Shown here: positions 24,901 through 36,452 of the stretch, in pieces
How positions within the stretch are numbered: the stretch's first letter is position 1
How the letters are laid out: each line of letters opens with the position of its first letter
Source: Takakia lepidozioides
Lineage: Eukaryota > Plantae > Bryophyta
Direction: 5' to 3'
Assembly (NCBI GenBank): GCA_030704615.1
Contig: CM060732.1
Coordinates: 66,092,001 to 66,156,000, forward strand
Length of the DNA stretch: 64,000 nt
Notes under the pieces: generated by a model
Seen by the model: the letters and a program-made list of their open reading frames with translations, nothing else
The model's database searches: none
Told to the model about the DNA's origin: nothing
Made by a program: the position numbers and the translations under genes

Positions 24901-25863
24901 TTCTACTGGCAAAAAGCAAACCAACCAAAAAGGGCAAACTCTCACAGTTGAAAGTTCAGGCAGGTTATTCCTCATCTGGAATTTGGCTTGTTATACATCT
25001 TTCTGTGAGTTTAAGTAGCTTCTACAGCTTGGAGCCTATGGGTGGCTGTTTCCATGATGGTTTTGTTTAATTTATGAGTTTCTTCTCACAAGTGCTTACA
25101 ATCTCTTTGGATACAGACCCCCATGAAAGGGACGCCAACAACGACACCTCCCACCACCCCAGCCTCAGGGAAGAAGCTGGGGGACCACAAGTGCACGGGT
25201 TGTGACAGGTTAAGTATATTGACCTGCCTATGATTATACTATGAGGCTGACTTGTATAAATAAAGATGTGGTCCTCCTGTTGTAAGCTGTCAACTTTGAA
25301 ATTCAGTATCTATTGTGTGGGAAGGTTGCACTACTATGTGGGCATGGATTTCTTTATCACCTCTGGGATATGATGCTATTGTCATGCGACAGGGTATAGG
25401 GAGTCTTACCAATGCAACTTGACCACATGGGGTGCGGTGATGAGCATCACATCTCGTTAATCTGAGCTTGAAAGGCTTGAAGACAATCTTTCATTCACAT
25501 ACTTCTGAGCACCCCAGAGTTGCAGTGGGCATGTCGAAATGTTGTCTTCAGTGCCATTTTTCAGTTCTCTGACAAGTTGTGCAAAGATGAAACGGGTTTC
25601 TGGGGTGGATCAAGCCACCAATGATAGAAAACATGCAACTTTGTCCCTCTTTCACATTGACTGAATATGCAAGTGTGGATCAGGGTGGTTTAATGTTATT
25701 ACATGTGTAGGCTGTTCCCCTTGCAAAGGAGATGAAGACTCTTACCACAGTTACATGTGGAACAGGGCCTCTAATGAATTATTTGTTGCCTCTCTGCAGA
25801 AATTTTACAACTGAATCTGCTCTTACCCAGCACAGTGCTGCCAAACACAACAGCAAAAAGTAG
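18934..25863 (+). CDS. HDT: Plant-specific HD2 (HD-tuin/HDT) histone deacetylase: nucleoplasmin-like domain, acidic tract, C-terminal C2H2 zinc finger
   Basis: Hallmark N-terminus MEFWG|VEV. Exons: 18934-18946, 20097-20167, 20664-20887 (LGTLSQGKCDQMSLDLVFDREFKVYH...SVFICGY), 21116-21135, 21665-21739, 22330-22475, 23035-23097, 23490-23585, 23937-24021, ~24827-24963 (frame problem), 25117-25208, 25800-25863. Ends HKCTGCDRNFTTESALTQHSAAKHNSKK*. Confidence 0.9.
20888..21115 (+). other. U12-type (minor spliceosome) AT-AC intron
   Basis: 5' site ATATCCTTT at 20888, branch-like CCTTGAC at 21087-21093, 3' AC at 21114-21115. Splicing gives in-frame ...SQND-YFDSDE-EEEDE. Confidence 0.85.
23288..23442 (+). 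repeat. Tandem duplication, ~77-bp unit x2, in an HD2 intron
   Basis: ctccatgcttgccac...gaagttttatttgagaaaacag...ttcttccaaatattgggcccat occurs twice in direct succession. Confidence 0.85.
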
Positions 25864-28800
25864 GGTGGGCAGCTTCTCATGAGATAAAAGCATGGATTGC
25901 AGTCTTTTGAGACCACAAGTCCGTCTGCATGAGTCACCTGAGGCATAGCGTAGGTGGATGTAAACCCGTCCTGAGAAACGAGTATACTGTCTTCAGCTAA
26001 CCATTTTTTTAGTTTTACGGATGGTGCTGAATGAGAGAGTTGGCTTAATGAAAGGCCAGTAAGTTGAGGGTTGGAGCAAGGGCCCTGTATTTTTCTCCTT
26101 TGGGGTGGGGTTTGTCTTACTTTGATTGGTGGAACTGTATGTTTACTTGGAGTGTCTGCAGTAGAGGGTAGGTCGTTGACCTGTTTTGATATTATGCCAC
26201 TATGTTTTTCGTGGCTGTTGTGAGAGACCAAGCAACAGTGACTGATCAAAGTGCCACCAATTTCATGTACGAAATGAGAATTTATTCATGCCATTGGATT
26301 GCTGGAGTGTTTCCTCAAGTGTAGTTTCTGCCCAACTGCCCTCTGAATTTCAATCATGATAAGTATGGAGCTGGTATATTCTCTAACTGGATATATCTTA
26401 CCGGCAGGTAAATCCAGGTATATATGTCCAGATATAATCTGGTGTAACTGATTTTGGCATGCAAATGGATACCTCAATGTTAGGGTACATCTTTATGATA
26501 TACCCTACATTTACAGGTACCCTCCATCTGTGGATTTTAACTGCCTCTGAATTTTTTGTGGCCTGTTCGGAATGGGTGGAACTAGTAACTACCTGCTTGT
26601 GTTAAGGATTTCAAATACAAAGTTTACAACTACCTCCATGCAGGTACTTACAGAATATCCTGCACGAGGGTAGTTGCAAAAACCGGCTGAATTACCCCCA
26701 TTGGAATAGTTACAAACTACAAACTCCCTACCTCCATAGAAATAGCCATAATCACCACACCTAAAATGGATCATTTAAGAAATGTGTGCAGTTTCAGGTG
26801 TGCAGTGTCGTCGTATATATTTTTCTGATGTGGGCACATACAAATGAAATTTAATGCAAAAATAAATAAAATAAAAAATATATATATTTTGCAGTATTGG
26901 TGAATATTCAATGTGAAATCATGGAATAACCTTGAATGGACCAGTAGGGGGTACTATTTTGAATAGCAAGTACACTTTGTTTGGAGCCAAAGGTGCCCAA
27001 AAAGTGTGCCTCCTCTTTCACTTTAGTGATTAAACAACATAGAAACATGGACCATGTCAGTTAACTAACATAACCATTTATTGACTAAAGTAATCTCCCA
27101 CCTTAGAGAAACGGAGGTCCATTTGGATTAAACTCAATCCTGATCGTTGATCTAGGTGAAACTCAATTGGGATCGTTGATCACGGAATGTGATCCCCTCT
27201 CCTACATGTTAAGATTCATTCTTCATTTCTTTGACTTGATAATGCTCTCAAAGTGCGCGCCGGTGGTTATTAACTTGTCCATTAAGTGGTGTCATCATGA
27301 TCATGTATGAGTTCATGTATGAGTTAAAAGGGTTCATTGGAGTTCCATTGTGGCCCACCACATGACCTAATTTGGACCACTTGTGATCAAAGCTCCTTTT
27401 AAAGATGGCATATGGTTAGTTTTATGTATTTTTCTAGGGGTCCGTTTTGGGTACCGCTCCATTTTAGGTGTTTCTACCTTATATGACAACTAGGGCTAGT
27501 AGTGGGACCGTGAGAACTATGTTCATTTTGATTGAAAATATATTTACTGCGAAAAACAATAGGAACGATGTCAGAATAATGTAATGCAGGCAGCATCAGC
27601 TCTTGAACCCTCAAGTGCCCCGCATTTTCAAGCACTGGTGGAAAAACATGACCTGGCCCACAAAAAAAAAATAATTGGAGCATCTCTCTGTCCCTTGTAA
27701 AACGGACCATTCCCACCTATCCCACCTCCTACCACTAAAAGTTTCATTAAATTCCAACCACCAGCTTTGAAGATTATAAAGTGTGGAGTGGGGACGGAAA
27801 AAAAAACTTTTCCCCTGGTAGTAGATGCCAGTTTTAAGCTCACATTTGGGCAGTTTTTTAAATTTTCTTCTCTTTTTCTTTTTTAAAGAAAGGGGAGATA
27901 GGCCCTTTTAATCAATTTTTTTTTTTTAAAGGTTCACAAAAAGGTGGAAAAAATAACCACCAGGGAGACCGTAAGGCTAACTGAGGGGAATCTCATAGCC
28001 TACAAGCTATCTCAAGAGGTAAGAAAACTGAGAAAGGAGAAGACAGATGGTGCAGCGAGTTGAGAAGAGGGGAGAAGAGTGCCAAGGAGAATGGTGACGA
28101 GCAGCAAAATTCTCCAAGCCTAGAGTGAAGAGAGACGAAATTGTCTCATTGTAATTACCCTGACTGGAAACAGGAACCAGGGTTCTTTTGAGAGTCTCAA
28201 AAATGTTGTTCCATGCCTGATAATCGTGTTCTCTGAATTTTTCAATTTTTTCTGGTATATTATTAAGTGGGCTCCTTTGTAATAACAAATTGGGAGGTCA
28301 AATTATTCCTTTTTCTTTCGGCAGGCCAAATATCTCTTCCTAATATTCTACAAAACAATTCAGCCGTTCAATTCGTAACCCCTCTGGTTGAGGTGTTATG
28401 GGCATCCATATGAAGTCCCCAAAAATATTGGACCAATCAGACAATGACATTGCATTTTTAGGTTCCCTGCCCAAGACTTCAAATGACACCCTATGATATA
28501 GATAGCGGTGGAGGCGAGACCGCCTCCGGGGTGTAGCCGGAGCAGTGCCGAGACGTGGTAGCATCGAGGGATTCCCTGGTGTCCCGCTATACCCCGTAGC
28601 CGGTCAAGCCTCCCCTAACCGAGGTGGTGGTGGGCTACGGCGGGTGACAGGTCTGTCTAGGACAAGTTAAACACTGCCACATAGGAAAAATGCCTCCAAA
28701 CCTCGGTTATAGTGCAGGCCTTGGATATTTGGAGCCATAGCCCAGAAGTGTATCAGGTTTGGAAGCTCCTCCCCTGCTTTCATGGATGGCCACTCCACCC

Positions 28801-28984
28801 TCAACCCTATCAAACCCCCGCCCTAGGTTCAGCCCACCCCTCATAAGTTATGAGGCGGTTTTCGACTTTCCCACCCCGCATATGTATGGCCTATCCATCG
28901 CCGGAAATACACCCGGGATTTTTTAGATGAAGGTGATCTTACCAAAATGTTTCCAAACTACACTAGGGTAGCCTGTGCCGTTGG

Positions 28985-29295
28985 CCCAAGTGTCAAGTGT
29001 CATCTAAGCCCAAGTCCAACTGCGTCTCCTATGTCGAGCCCCAAGTGCAACCTCTAGGGTAGCCTGTGCCGTTGGCCCATGTCTGAAGAATTGAAATGTA
29101 AGACCAAGTGTGGTTTCCTATGTATCCCAATGCGTCTCCTATGTCAAGGCCTATTTAAGCCCAAGTGCAATCTTCTATGTATGCAAGTGCAACTCCCGTG
29201 TAGAGGCCCAAGTGTCCACTGTCATCTAAGCCCAAGTGTAATCCAAGTGTATCCAAGTGCGTTTCTTATGTAGAGGCCGAAGTGCAACCTCTACA
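28985..29295 (+). repeat. Subterminal array of (C)CCAAGTG motifs with a second partial copy of the TIR
   Basis: About ten ccaagtg/cccaagt motifs, plus repeated tgcgtctcctatgtc units. CTAGGGTAGCCTGTGCCGTTGGCCCA is repeated at 29054-29079. Confidence 0.8.
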
Positions 29296-29334
29296 TACTT
29301 GAAATTCGTGTTAGCCGTATCTCATTATTTATTT

Positions 29335-32300
29335 TCCAAATCACCAGGCCTTGATGGTGTTCTCGTAGAATTCTACAAGGCACTTTGGAGGCACATCTCC
29401 AACGATTTCCTGCTCATGGCCAACTACATCTTCCGGGAACAAAGAATGCCCCCCCACTTATCGCAGGGTGTAATCATTCTCCTTTTCAAGAAAGGAGATA
29501 GGACAAACATTGCTAACTATAGACCCATAACCTTGCTCAACGTTGCGTACAAAATTATAGCGAAAGCCTTGGCATTGCGCCTGCAGCCCCATCTCCCATC
29601 CATCATTCGACCTAGCCAGACCGGATTCATTAAAGGAAGGTTCATCCTTGATAACTTACTTCTCACACAAGAAATACCCTTCTATGCGCAGGAAACAAAC
29701 CAGGCCATAGCCTTATTTCTTCTCGATTTTGAGAAGGCCTTTGACAGGGTGGAGTGGTCATTCCTCTTGGGGGCTCTCCACAGAATCGGCCTTCCTCAAT
29801 ATTTCTGCAATCAGGTCACCACTCTTCTCATGGGCTCAACAAGTAGAGTCCTCATCAACGGATACCTTTCCAAACCTTTCTCCCTTCTTTGATCTGTTCG
29901 CCAGGGATGCCCTCTCTCCCCCTTTCTCTTTCTCATAGCAATAGACACCCTGGGCCACATGTTACAGGTTAATAGAAGCATCTATGGCCTAAATATCATA
30001 AATCATGTAACTCATCAACCTTCTCAAATTGTAGAATCAATGTTTGCAGATGATACCTTCTTGGCCCTACAAGCCTCTCAAACCAACTTGGACAATGCAT
30101 ATATCACCTTGCAAACTTTCTGTTCAGCTTCTGGTTTCAAAGTAAATTGGAGCAAGACATGTGCGCTGCTAGTGGGGGATACTTCCAGATCTCTGCTAGG
30201 TAGAGTACCCAACTGGGGTCAAGACAAGGGACTCCACTGGCTCAAACCAGAGGAAACCACAACCCTACTAGGCTATACCTTCGGGTTAGACATCTCAGAC
30301 CAGCAAAGATTTACTCCAACCCTAACAAAGCTCAAGTCCAAAATGGCGTATTGGGGCTCCCACCATCTATCCATCACGGGAAAAGCCATCGTGGTGAATC
30401 AGGTCCTGGATGCAGGCATCTGGTTCAACGCCTCTGCATGGAGACCAGCAGCCACTTACATCAAAGAGGTCAAAAAACTCATTCGCAACTTCATTTGGGG
30501 AGCACGCAAAGCGGCGGAAAAAAAGAGACCACAAGTATCCTGGAAACCGATTTGCATGCCCAAGAAAAAGGAGGGCCTCGGCATCATTGATCCAGAAACT
30601 CAAATTACGGCACTTCTAGCCAAATGGATTCCAAGGTTTATGGGACCAGAAAGGGGTGCCTGGAAATCCTTGGTTTTTTAATAACATCACATCGGCCTCG
30701 CCTCTCAAATCATGCCCCTGGTTCCCATCTCTAAGATGGATAGCAAATGGTTTTAGACATAAACCAGTGGGCTCCCCCCTGTGGAGATCCATTTGGATGT
30801 CTTGGTCCAGGCTTCGCCCCTTCTTATCCAAGATGCAACCAACCTCTTATGAGGAAACCCTACGTCAACCACTATTCCTCAACACCAACAACCCCACCCC
30901 TGCTCAGAGAGGCCTGGCTAGAAAATGGTCTTCCTAGGACTTCAAAGAAATTAGGAGGGTGGCTGATATCTGGAAGGACAACACCTTTGTGTCCAAAGAC
31001 CACATTTCTTCCATTCTAGGGAAAATCAAAGCCAACAATTCCTGCGATTGCTTGATTCAGGAGACTTCAGGCCAGTGGCTGCCCAATCTCCAAGCAAGGC
31101 CCAGTGTTCCTACCACCAATTTCTGGACTCTAGGCATTATACAATCAAACATAACCATCCTCTTTGTCACCGAATCCAATCCTATTCATTACAAGGGATT
31201 TCCCTTTTTGGTCAACACTGACACCTTGAGGCTCAACCTTCAAAGCAGCTACCCCCTCACATTTGACCGATTCACACACACACCCATCAGGATTTGTTGG
31301 TGGTCTTCCCCTTTACGGGAAATGGACCCCCTCCCATCCTTCAACATTCCCCTGACCTCCTGATTGCTTCCGAGACCTTCGTGTGGATATCAGACAGGCC
31401 TCTGGCGGACCTGGAGTTCGATCCAAAAGAGTGGGAATGGTCATTCGCCCGCTCCAAATCTCCATTCTTGGATTACACAACCAAAAAAGCCTACAGGGCA
31501 CTATTAAACCCACAGCCACTGCAATCCAAATGGAATGATCGGTGGAGCCACTTCAACTTTACAAACGAAAACTGGAATTCCATATGGGCCACTATCTGGA
31601 ACAAAACGAGACCGCGAAGATCGCTGCCTTTCTGTGGTAGATAGCAAAAAGGGTGTTGAAAGTCGGAGAGTGGCTGGGGTGCAATGAAGCCCTCCTGTGC
31701 AGATGTTGCTCATAGGCTGTTATGGAAACCCTCGAGCATTGCCTGCTGCATTGCCAAGCACCTGCTATTCTCTGGCCCAAGGTAAAGAGTTTCTATAGAC
31801 CGTGGAATCAATGCTCTATATCCCAAATTCACATTCTTCTAAACTATGACCAGAGCTCCAAAACCAGAGCGCTACCCTGCCCAGTATTTGATACTCTTCG
31901 GAGCTCAACACTCTGGCACATTTGGAAAGCAAGATGCAATAGAACTTACTCTGCTAGAACTTGTGGAATATCTGCCCTGCTCACCAACGTTTACCAGGAC
32001 CTTCAAATTGAGGCTAGAAGGGCTTGGAAAACACTGTGTGCAGATGTTAAAAGAGCGCCACGACAGGCAGGTGCGCTCCACAGTACCTTTACCTCGACAT
32101 GGGGGAGGGAGGGCATCCTATGCTACAGCTCCAGCCCAGACAGTTGCCTATGGAATGTCCTGCCCCCGACTGCCTGGAGGGACATCTGCGGCACCGTCCA
32201 CAGCACCACCGGAGTTTGATAGAGACATAAATTGGAAGCATATCAAGCAGTCATCAAAAGTCTCAAAGCTCAGCTTTCGCTGATCAATGGGCTACTTGGT

Positions 32301-32530
32301 AGTCCGCAGAAAGCGACTCACAACTGCACCCCACGTTCTTAACGGATTCGGATGATCTTCTCTATAAGTGACACTGATCTTTTTGCATAAGTTTGGTTTT
32401 AAGGTCGTTGTGTGTGCCTTATGGTGTAAACGAGGGTTTTAATTTTTTCCCCTCTAATAATTATAGAATAAAGCTTCAGGGTCTCTGTCCCTGTTATGTT
32501 AAATAAAAAAATAAAAAGTAAAAGTAAAAA
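29335..32530 (+). mobile_element. 5'-truncated L1/Tx1-clade LINE (RT + zf-RVT), inactivated
   Basis: KSPGLDG, NYRPITLLNVAYKIIAK, QTGFIKGR, LDFEKAFDRVEW, *SVRQGCPLSP, MFADD, GFKVNWSKT, PKKKEGLGI, and C-terminal CRCC...ETLEHCLLHC. In-frame stops at 29890, 30679, 30935 and 31361, plus frameshifts. A-rich tail at ~32500-32530. Confidence 0.92.
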
Positions 32531-32912
32531 AGTTCAACATCTCCCACACCGCAGGTCCAAAAATCGTGAGACCAAGCCCGTGCACCCCTCCTCATTGAGG
32601 GCTTTCCAACGGTACCAAGTACCAGGGCTTGGGCCTCGCGGTTTGGGACATCTCAAATCTACAAAACAAAACAAACGACTCGCTTCATATATTGGTAGCA
32701 TATTCCATTTGTTCTAAGTCCTTTGTCGGTGTGCCAAGTGCTTTCAGTGCTTTCAAGCATATGTGGGACACTGCCTTGAATTTTTCCAAGTCATGTATTT
32801 GCTGTCAACATATGCACCCCTTTTCAAGTCTTCATATTGTCTTTGTGATTTGATCTCACACATTTTGGTGCCGACATGTCAATTCCAGCAAAGGTGCCAA
32901 TTTTTTGCCAAC

Positions 32913-33552
32913 AGGAACAATGTGGCAGTAGCAAGCTGGGATTACAGTCTTCCAGGTTGCCGTTGTGCTTGCTGTTGCATTATGGCTATAACATACAGAC
33001 TCGGATTTTGCTGAGGGGAGGAAGGCAGGGATTCGCAGGTGCGCAGGGGCAACAACACCGGTAAATTGAACAGTCTTTGACAAGCAAGGCGAGGTGGCTG
33101 CAGCTGTGGCAGATACTTCTGCTATTGTGAGTCAATGCTTGCCACTGTCTGTGGGGTAGTGGTATCTGTATGCAGTTATGGCATTCCATGAAACAACCCC
33201 TATCCAAACATCGTTGTGGAATGCTCATGAAGCAGAGGCCAAGACAGGGGACAGACAGGATGTGATGGTGTGCTTGCTTTGCTGTAATTCATTTGCACCC
33301 ATAGAAGTCCAGATTGCGTATGCACGCTAATATCCTGGAGTTACATCCCCCTCACTACAAGAAGGGAAGTGACAATCAGGGGCAATGAAACACATCTCTG
33401 GTATGAGAGGATGTAGCTTTACAAGTGTTACATGTCAGGGGTGGGCACAATGTGGGCAGGAGGTGCATTTGACGCCTGAATGGATCACTCAGTTTGCAGA
33501 GGCTATCAGATGCGCACCTATTGTCATGCTTGATGCCAATCTGCTGCCCTTA
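32913..33552 (+). pseudogene. Internal fragment (2-3 exons with introns) of a pfkB-family pseudouridine kinase (PUKI-like) gene
   Basis: Exon 33029-33127 reads GIRRCAGATTPVN*TVFDKQGEVAAAVADTSAI (gtgagt donor). Exon from 33460 reads EVHLTPEWITQFAEAIRCAPIVMLDANL. Both resemble plant pseudouridine kinase (GEVAA..., LTPEWI...M.DANL), recognised from memory. There is an in-frame stop and neither terminus is present. Confidence 0.7.
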
Positions 33553-34055
33553 GTTGATGTTTGTGTGAAGGGATATCTCGAAAACCCGAACTAGTTATCT
33601 TTACAGGGTCTGCTCCTTCCTTTTCTCCTGGAAATGTCTACATCCTGAGACAAGCATTGCAGTCAAAGTCCTCAGGTTTGATGTCTGGGCCAGTCAGGCC
33701 TGGAAACAAGATAGAGACAGAGAATGGTAGCAGGAACTCTGCAATGACAGTCAGCACACAGAGTACGGTTCGAAACCGTGGTTCATCTCTTGAGGGAGCT
33801 ATCGCAAGCCTGGATAGTCTTCACTTAGAAAATGTTGCCCTCTCTGGCTATGCAATCTAGCAACAGTGACAGCCGGAAATACAGAAATTCCAAAATGGCT
33901 GCCGGACCTCTTCTTCAAGAGAATAATGATTATCCCGCCAGAGGCTTGATGAACTGCATCGGCAAGTATGGTACTCCCTGCCCTTTCCAGGCTACATAAA
34001 TTACCAGTACTTAGAAGAGCAAGACCAGTTTTGGAGAGAATGTAGTGTGCCAACT

Positions 34056-36452
34056 ATGAAAGCACAGTGTCTCATGCGAGGGTGGCAGTGCATCAAAGAC
34101 ACCCAAGGCTCTGTGTTCTGCAGGATGGCAGGTTTGAACCAGGCATTGTTTTATGAGTCAGGCACCTCCACCGCAACCAGTGCTTTTCAAAGAGGACCAA
34201 GAGAGGCAGTCAACAAGAACTTTTCTCCCACTGTTGCCGATGTGAGGACACTATGTAAGGGGGGACAACTGAAAGAGGCCCTGCAAATGTTGAACCAGGG
34301 AGGTCATTTGGCAGACTCTTTTACTTATGTCTGTCTTATCCAGGAGTGCATCAAGATAAAAGGCTTAGCAGAGGGAAAGCAGGTACATGCGCACATTATC
34401 CAAAGTGGGTTCAAGCCAAACATCTTTGTCCTCAACTCCATTGTCAACATGTATGCCAAGTGCGGGAGTGTGGTAGATGCCCGTCTGGTGTTTGACAAAA
34501 TGCTTGAACGAGATATTTTTACATGGAATACAATGATGGCAGGATATGCCAGGCATGGATGTGGTAGGGAGGCCTTGAAGATTTATGAGCAAATGATACA
34601 GGAAGGGGAGATGCCCAACAAGGTCACATACACTTGCGTTGTCAATGCATGTGCGAGCCTGGCAACCCTGGAAAAGGGCAAAGAGGTTCATGCTGACATT
34701 ATCAAGGCTGGGATTAAGCTAGATATCATTCTTGACACTGCCATTGCTGACATGTATGCCAAATGTGGGAGCATGAAGGATGCACGGCAAGTGTTTGACA
34801 ATATGGCTCAACGAAATGTGGTCTCATGGAATGTGATGATTGCAGGATATTCCCAGCATGGCTGTGCTAGGGAGGCCCTGCAACTATTAGACCAAATGCA
34901 AACAGAAGGCTTGAAGCCCAATGTGGTGTCATGGAGTGCGGTGATTGCAGGATATGCTCAGCACGGGCAAGGTAAGGAGGCTTTTGAAATCTATGAGCAA
35001 ATGAGACAAAAAGGGTTCATGCCCAACAAGGTCACGTTCATCTGCATTCTTAATGCATGTTCAAGCCTTGCAGCCCTTGACAAGGGTGTGGAGGTCCATG
35101 CTGAAATTACAAAAGCTAGAATTGAGCCAGATATTATTCTGGAGAACACTCTTGTTGACATGTATGGAAAATGTGGGAGCGTAAAGGATGCACGTCGAGT
35201 ATTCAATAATATGGCTGAACGAGATGTAGTCTCATGGAGTGCAATGATCTCAGGATATGCTCAGCATGGGTGTGGTAGGGAGGCTTTGGCGATGTATGAG
35301 CAAATGATCTCAGAAGAGGTGAGGCCTGATAAGGTGACATTCACTTGCATTCTGAAGGCATGTGCCAGCCTGGCAGTCCTGGAAAAGGGGAAGGAGGTCC
35401 ATGCCGACATCATGAAAGCCAGAATTGAGCCAGATATCATGTTGGAGAACACCCTCGTTGATATGTATTCCAAATGTGGGAGCGTGAGGGATGCACGTCA
35501 AGTGTTCAACAACATGGCTGAACGAGATGTTGTTTCATGGAGTACAATGATTGCAGGATATGCCCAGCATGGGTGTGGTATGGAAGCCTTACAACTATTT
35601 GAACAAATGATACAGGAAGGTTTGAAGCCAGACAGTATCAGCTTTACATGTCTTCTCTCTGCATGTAGTCATATGGGTCTAGTGGAGGAGGCCTGCTGCT
35701 ACTTTGATGTAATGAGACAAGATCATGACCTTACTCCTACAGAGGAGCATTTTGGCTGCATGGTTGACCTTCTTGGTCGTGCAGGCCGACTGCATGAGGC
35801 AGAGGACTTCATTCGCCACATGCCAATTGAACCACATGCTGCAGTTTGGGGGGCCTTGCTTGGTGCCTGCAGAATTCATGACAATGTGGAGGTGGCAGAA
35901 CGAGCGGCCAAATGCCTTCTCAAGTGGGATCCACAAGATGCGGCAAGTTATGTCCTACTTTCAAACATCTATGCTGCAGCCGGCAGGTGGGACGATGTTG
36001 CAAAGGTGAGAAAAATGATGAAGGACAGAGGTGTGACAAAGGAGCCAGGTCGCTGCTGCATTGTTGTTGACAACAGGGTGCATACATTTGTTGTAGATGA
36101 CAAATCACATCCACAAATTGAGGACATCCATGCTGAGCTGAAGATACTGTCTCGGCAGATGAAGAAGGCGGGGTATGTGCCTGACAAGCAGTTTGTGTTG
36201 CATAATATTGAGGAAGAGCAAAAGGAGCTTTCCCTCTGCTACCACAGTGAGAAGCTGGCCATTGCTTTTGGGCTCATCAACACCTCCCCTGGGATGCCTC
36301 TCTGTCTCATCAAGAATCTTCGGGTGTGTGGTGACTGCCACACGGCCACCAGGTTCATCTCAAAGGTTGTTGGGCGAGCAATTGTTGTTCGGGATGGCAA
36401 CCGCTTTCACCACTTTCGAGATGGGGTTTGTTCTTGTGGGGATTACTGGTGA
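34056..36452 (+). CDS. PLS-class pentatricopeptide repeat protein with E1-E2-DYW deaminase domain (organellar C-to-U editing factor)
   Basis: Intronless ORF (first ATG 34056) with an N-terminal putative transit peptide and ~15 P/L/S motifs. DYW motifs [21 protein letters not shown] and FHHFRDGVCSCGDYW* are all intact. Confidence 0.96.
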   Translation: MKAQCLMRGWQCIKDTQGSVFCRMAGLNQALFYESGTSTATSAFQRGPREAVNKNFSPTVADVRTLCKGGQLKEALQMLNQGGHLADSFTYVCLIQECIKIKGLAEGKQVHAHIIQSGFKPNIFVLNSIVNMYAKCGSVVDARLVFDKMLERDIFTWNTMMAGYARHGCGREALKIYEQMIQEGEMPNKVTYTCVVNACASLATLEKGKEVHADIIKAGIKLDIILDTAIADMYAKCGSMKDARQVFDNMAQRNVVSWNVMIAGYSQHGCAREALQLLDQMQTEGLKPNVVSWSAVIAGYAQHGQGKEAFEIYEQMRQKGFMPNKVTFICILNACSSLAALDKGVEVHAEITKARIEPDIILENTLVDMYGKCGSVKDARRVFNNMAERDVVSWSAMISGYAQHGCGREALAMYEQMISEEVRPDKVTFTCILKACASLAVLEKGKEVHADIMKARIEPDIMLENTLVDMYSKCGSVRDARQVFNNMAERDVVSWSTMIAGYAQHGCGMEALQLFEQMIQEGLKPDSISFTCLLSACSHMGLVEEACCYFDVMRQDHDLTPTEEHFGCMVDLLGRAGRLHEAEDFIRHMPIEPHAAVWGALLGACRIHDNVEVAERAAKCLLKWDPQDAASYVLLSNIYAAAGRWDDVAKVRKMMKDRGVTKEPGRCCIVVDNRVHTFVVDDKSHPQIEDIHAELKILSRQMKKAGYVPDKQFVLHNIEEEQKELSLCYHSEKLAIAFGLINTSPGMPLCLIKNLRVCGDCHTATRFISKVVGRAIVVRDGNRFHHFRDGVCSCGDYW

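Noticed and set aside
28985-29295. CRISPR-like array from the repeated CCCAAGTG motifs
   Set aside because: The repeats are short and irregularly spaced, the spacers are mutually similar, there are no cas genes, and the context is eukaryotic. TE subterminal repeats explain it better.
29890-31363. LINE in-frame stops as U-to-C RNA-editing sites
   Set aside because: U-to-C editing is organellar. Frameshifts are also present, and methyl-C deamination is a simpler explanation.
34365-36341. Antisense ORFs over the PPR gene
   Set aside because: These are shadow ORFs of a repetitive coding sequence.
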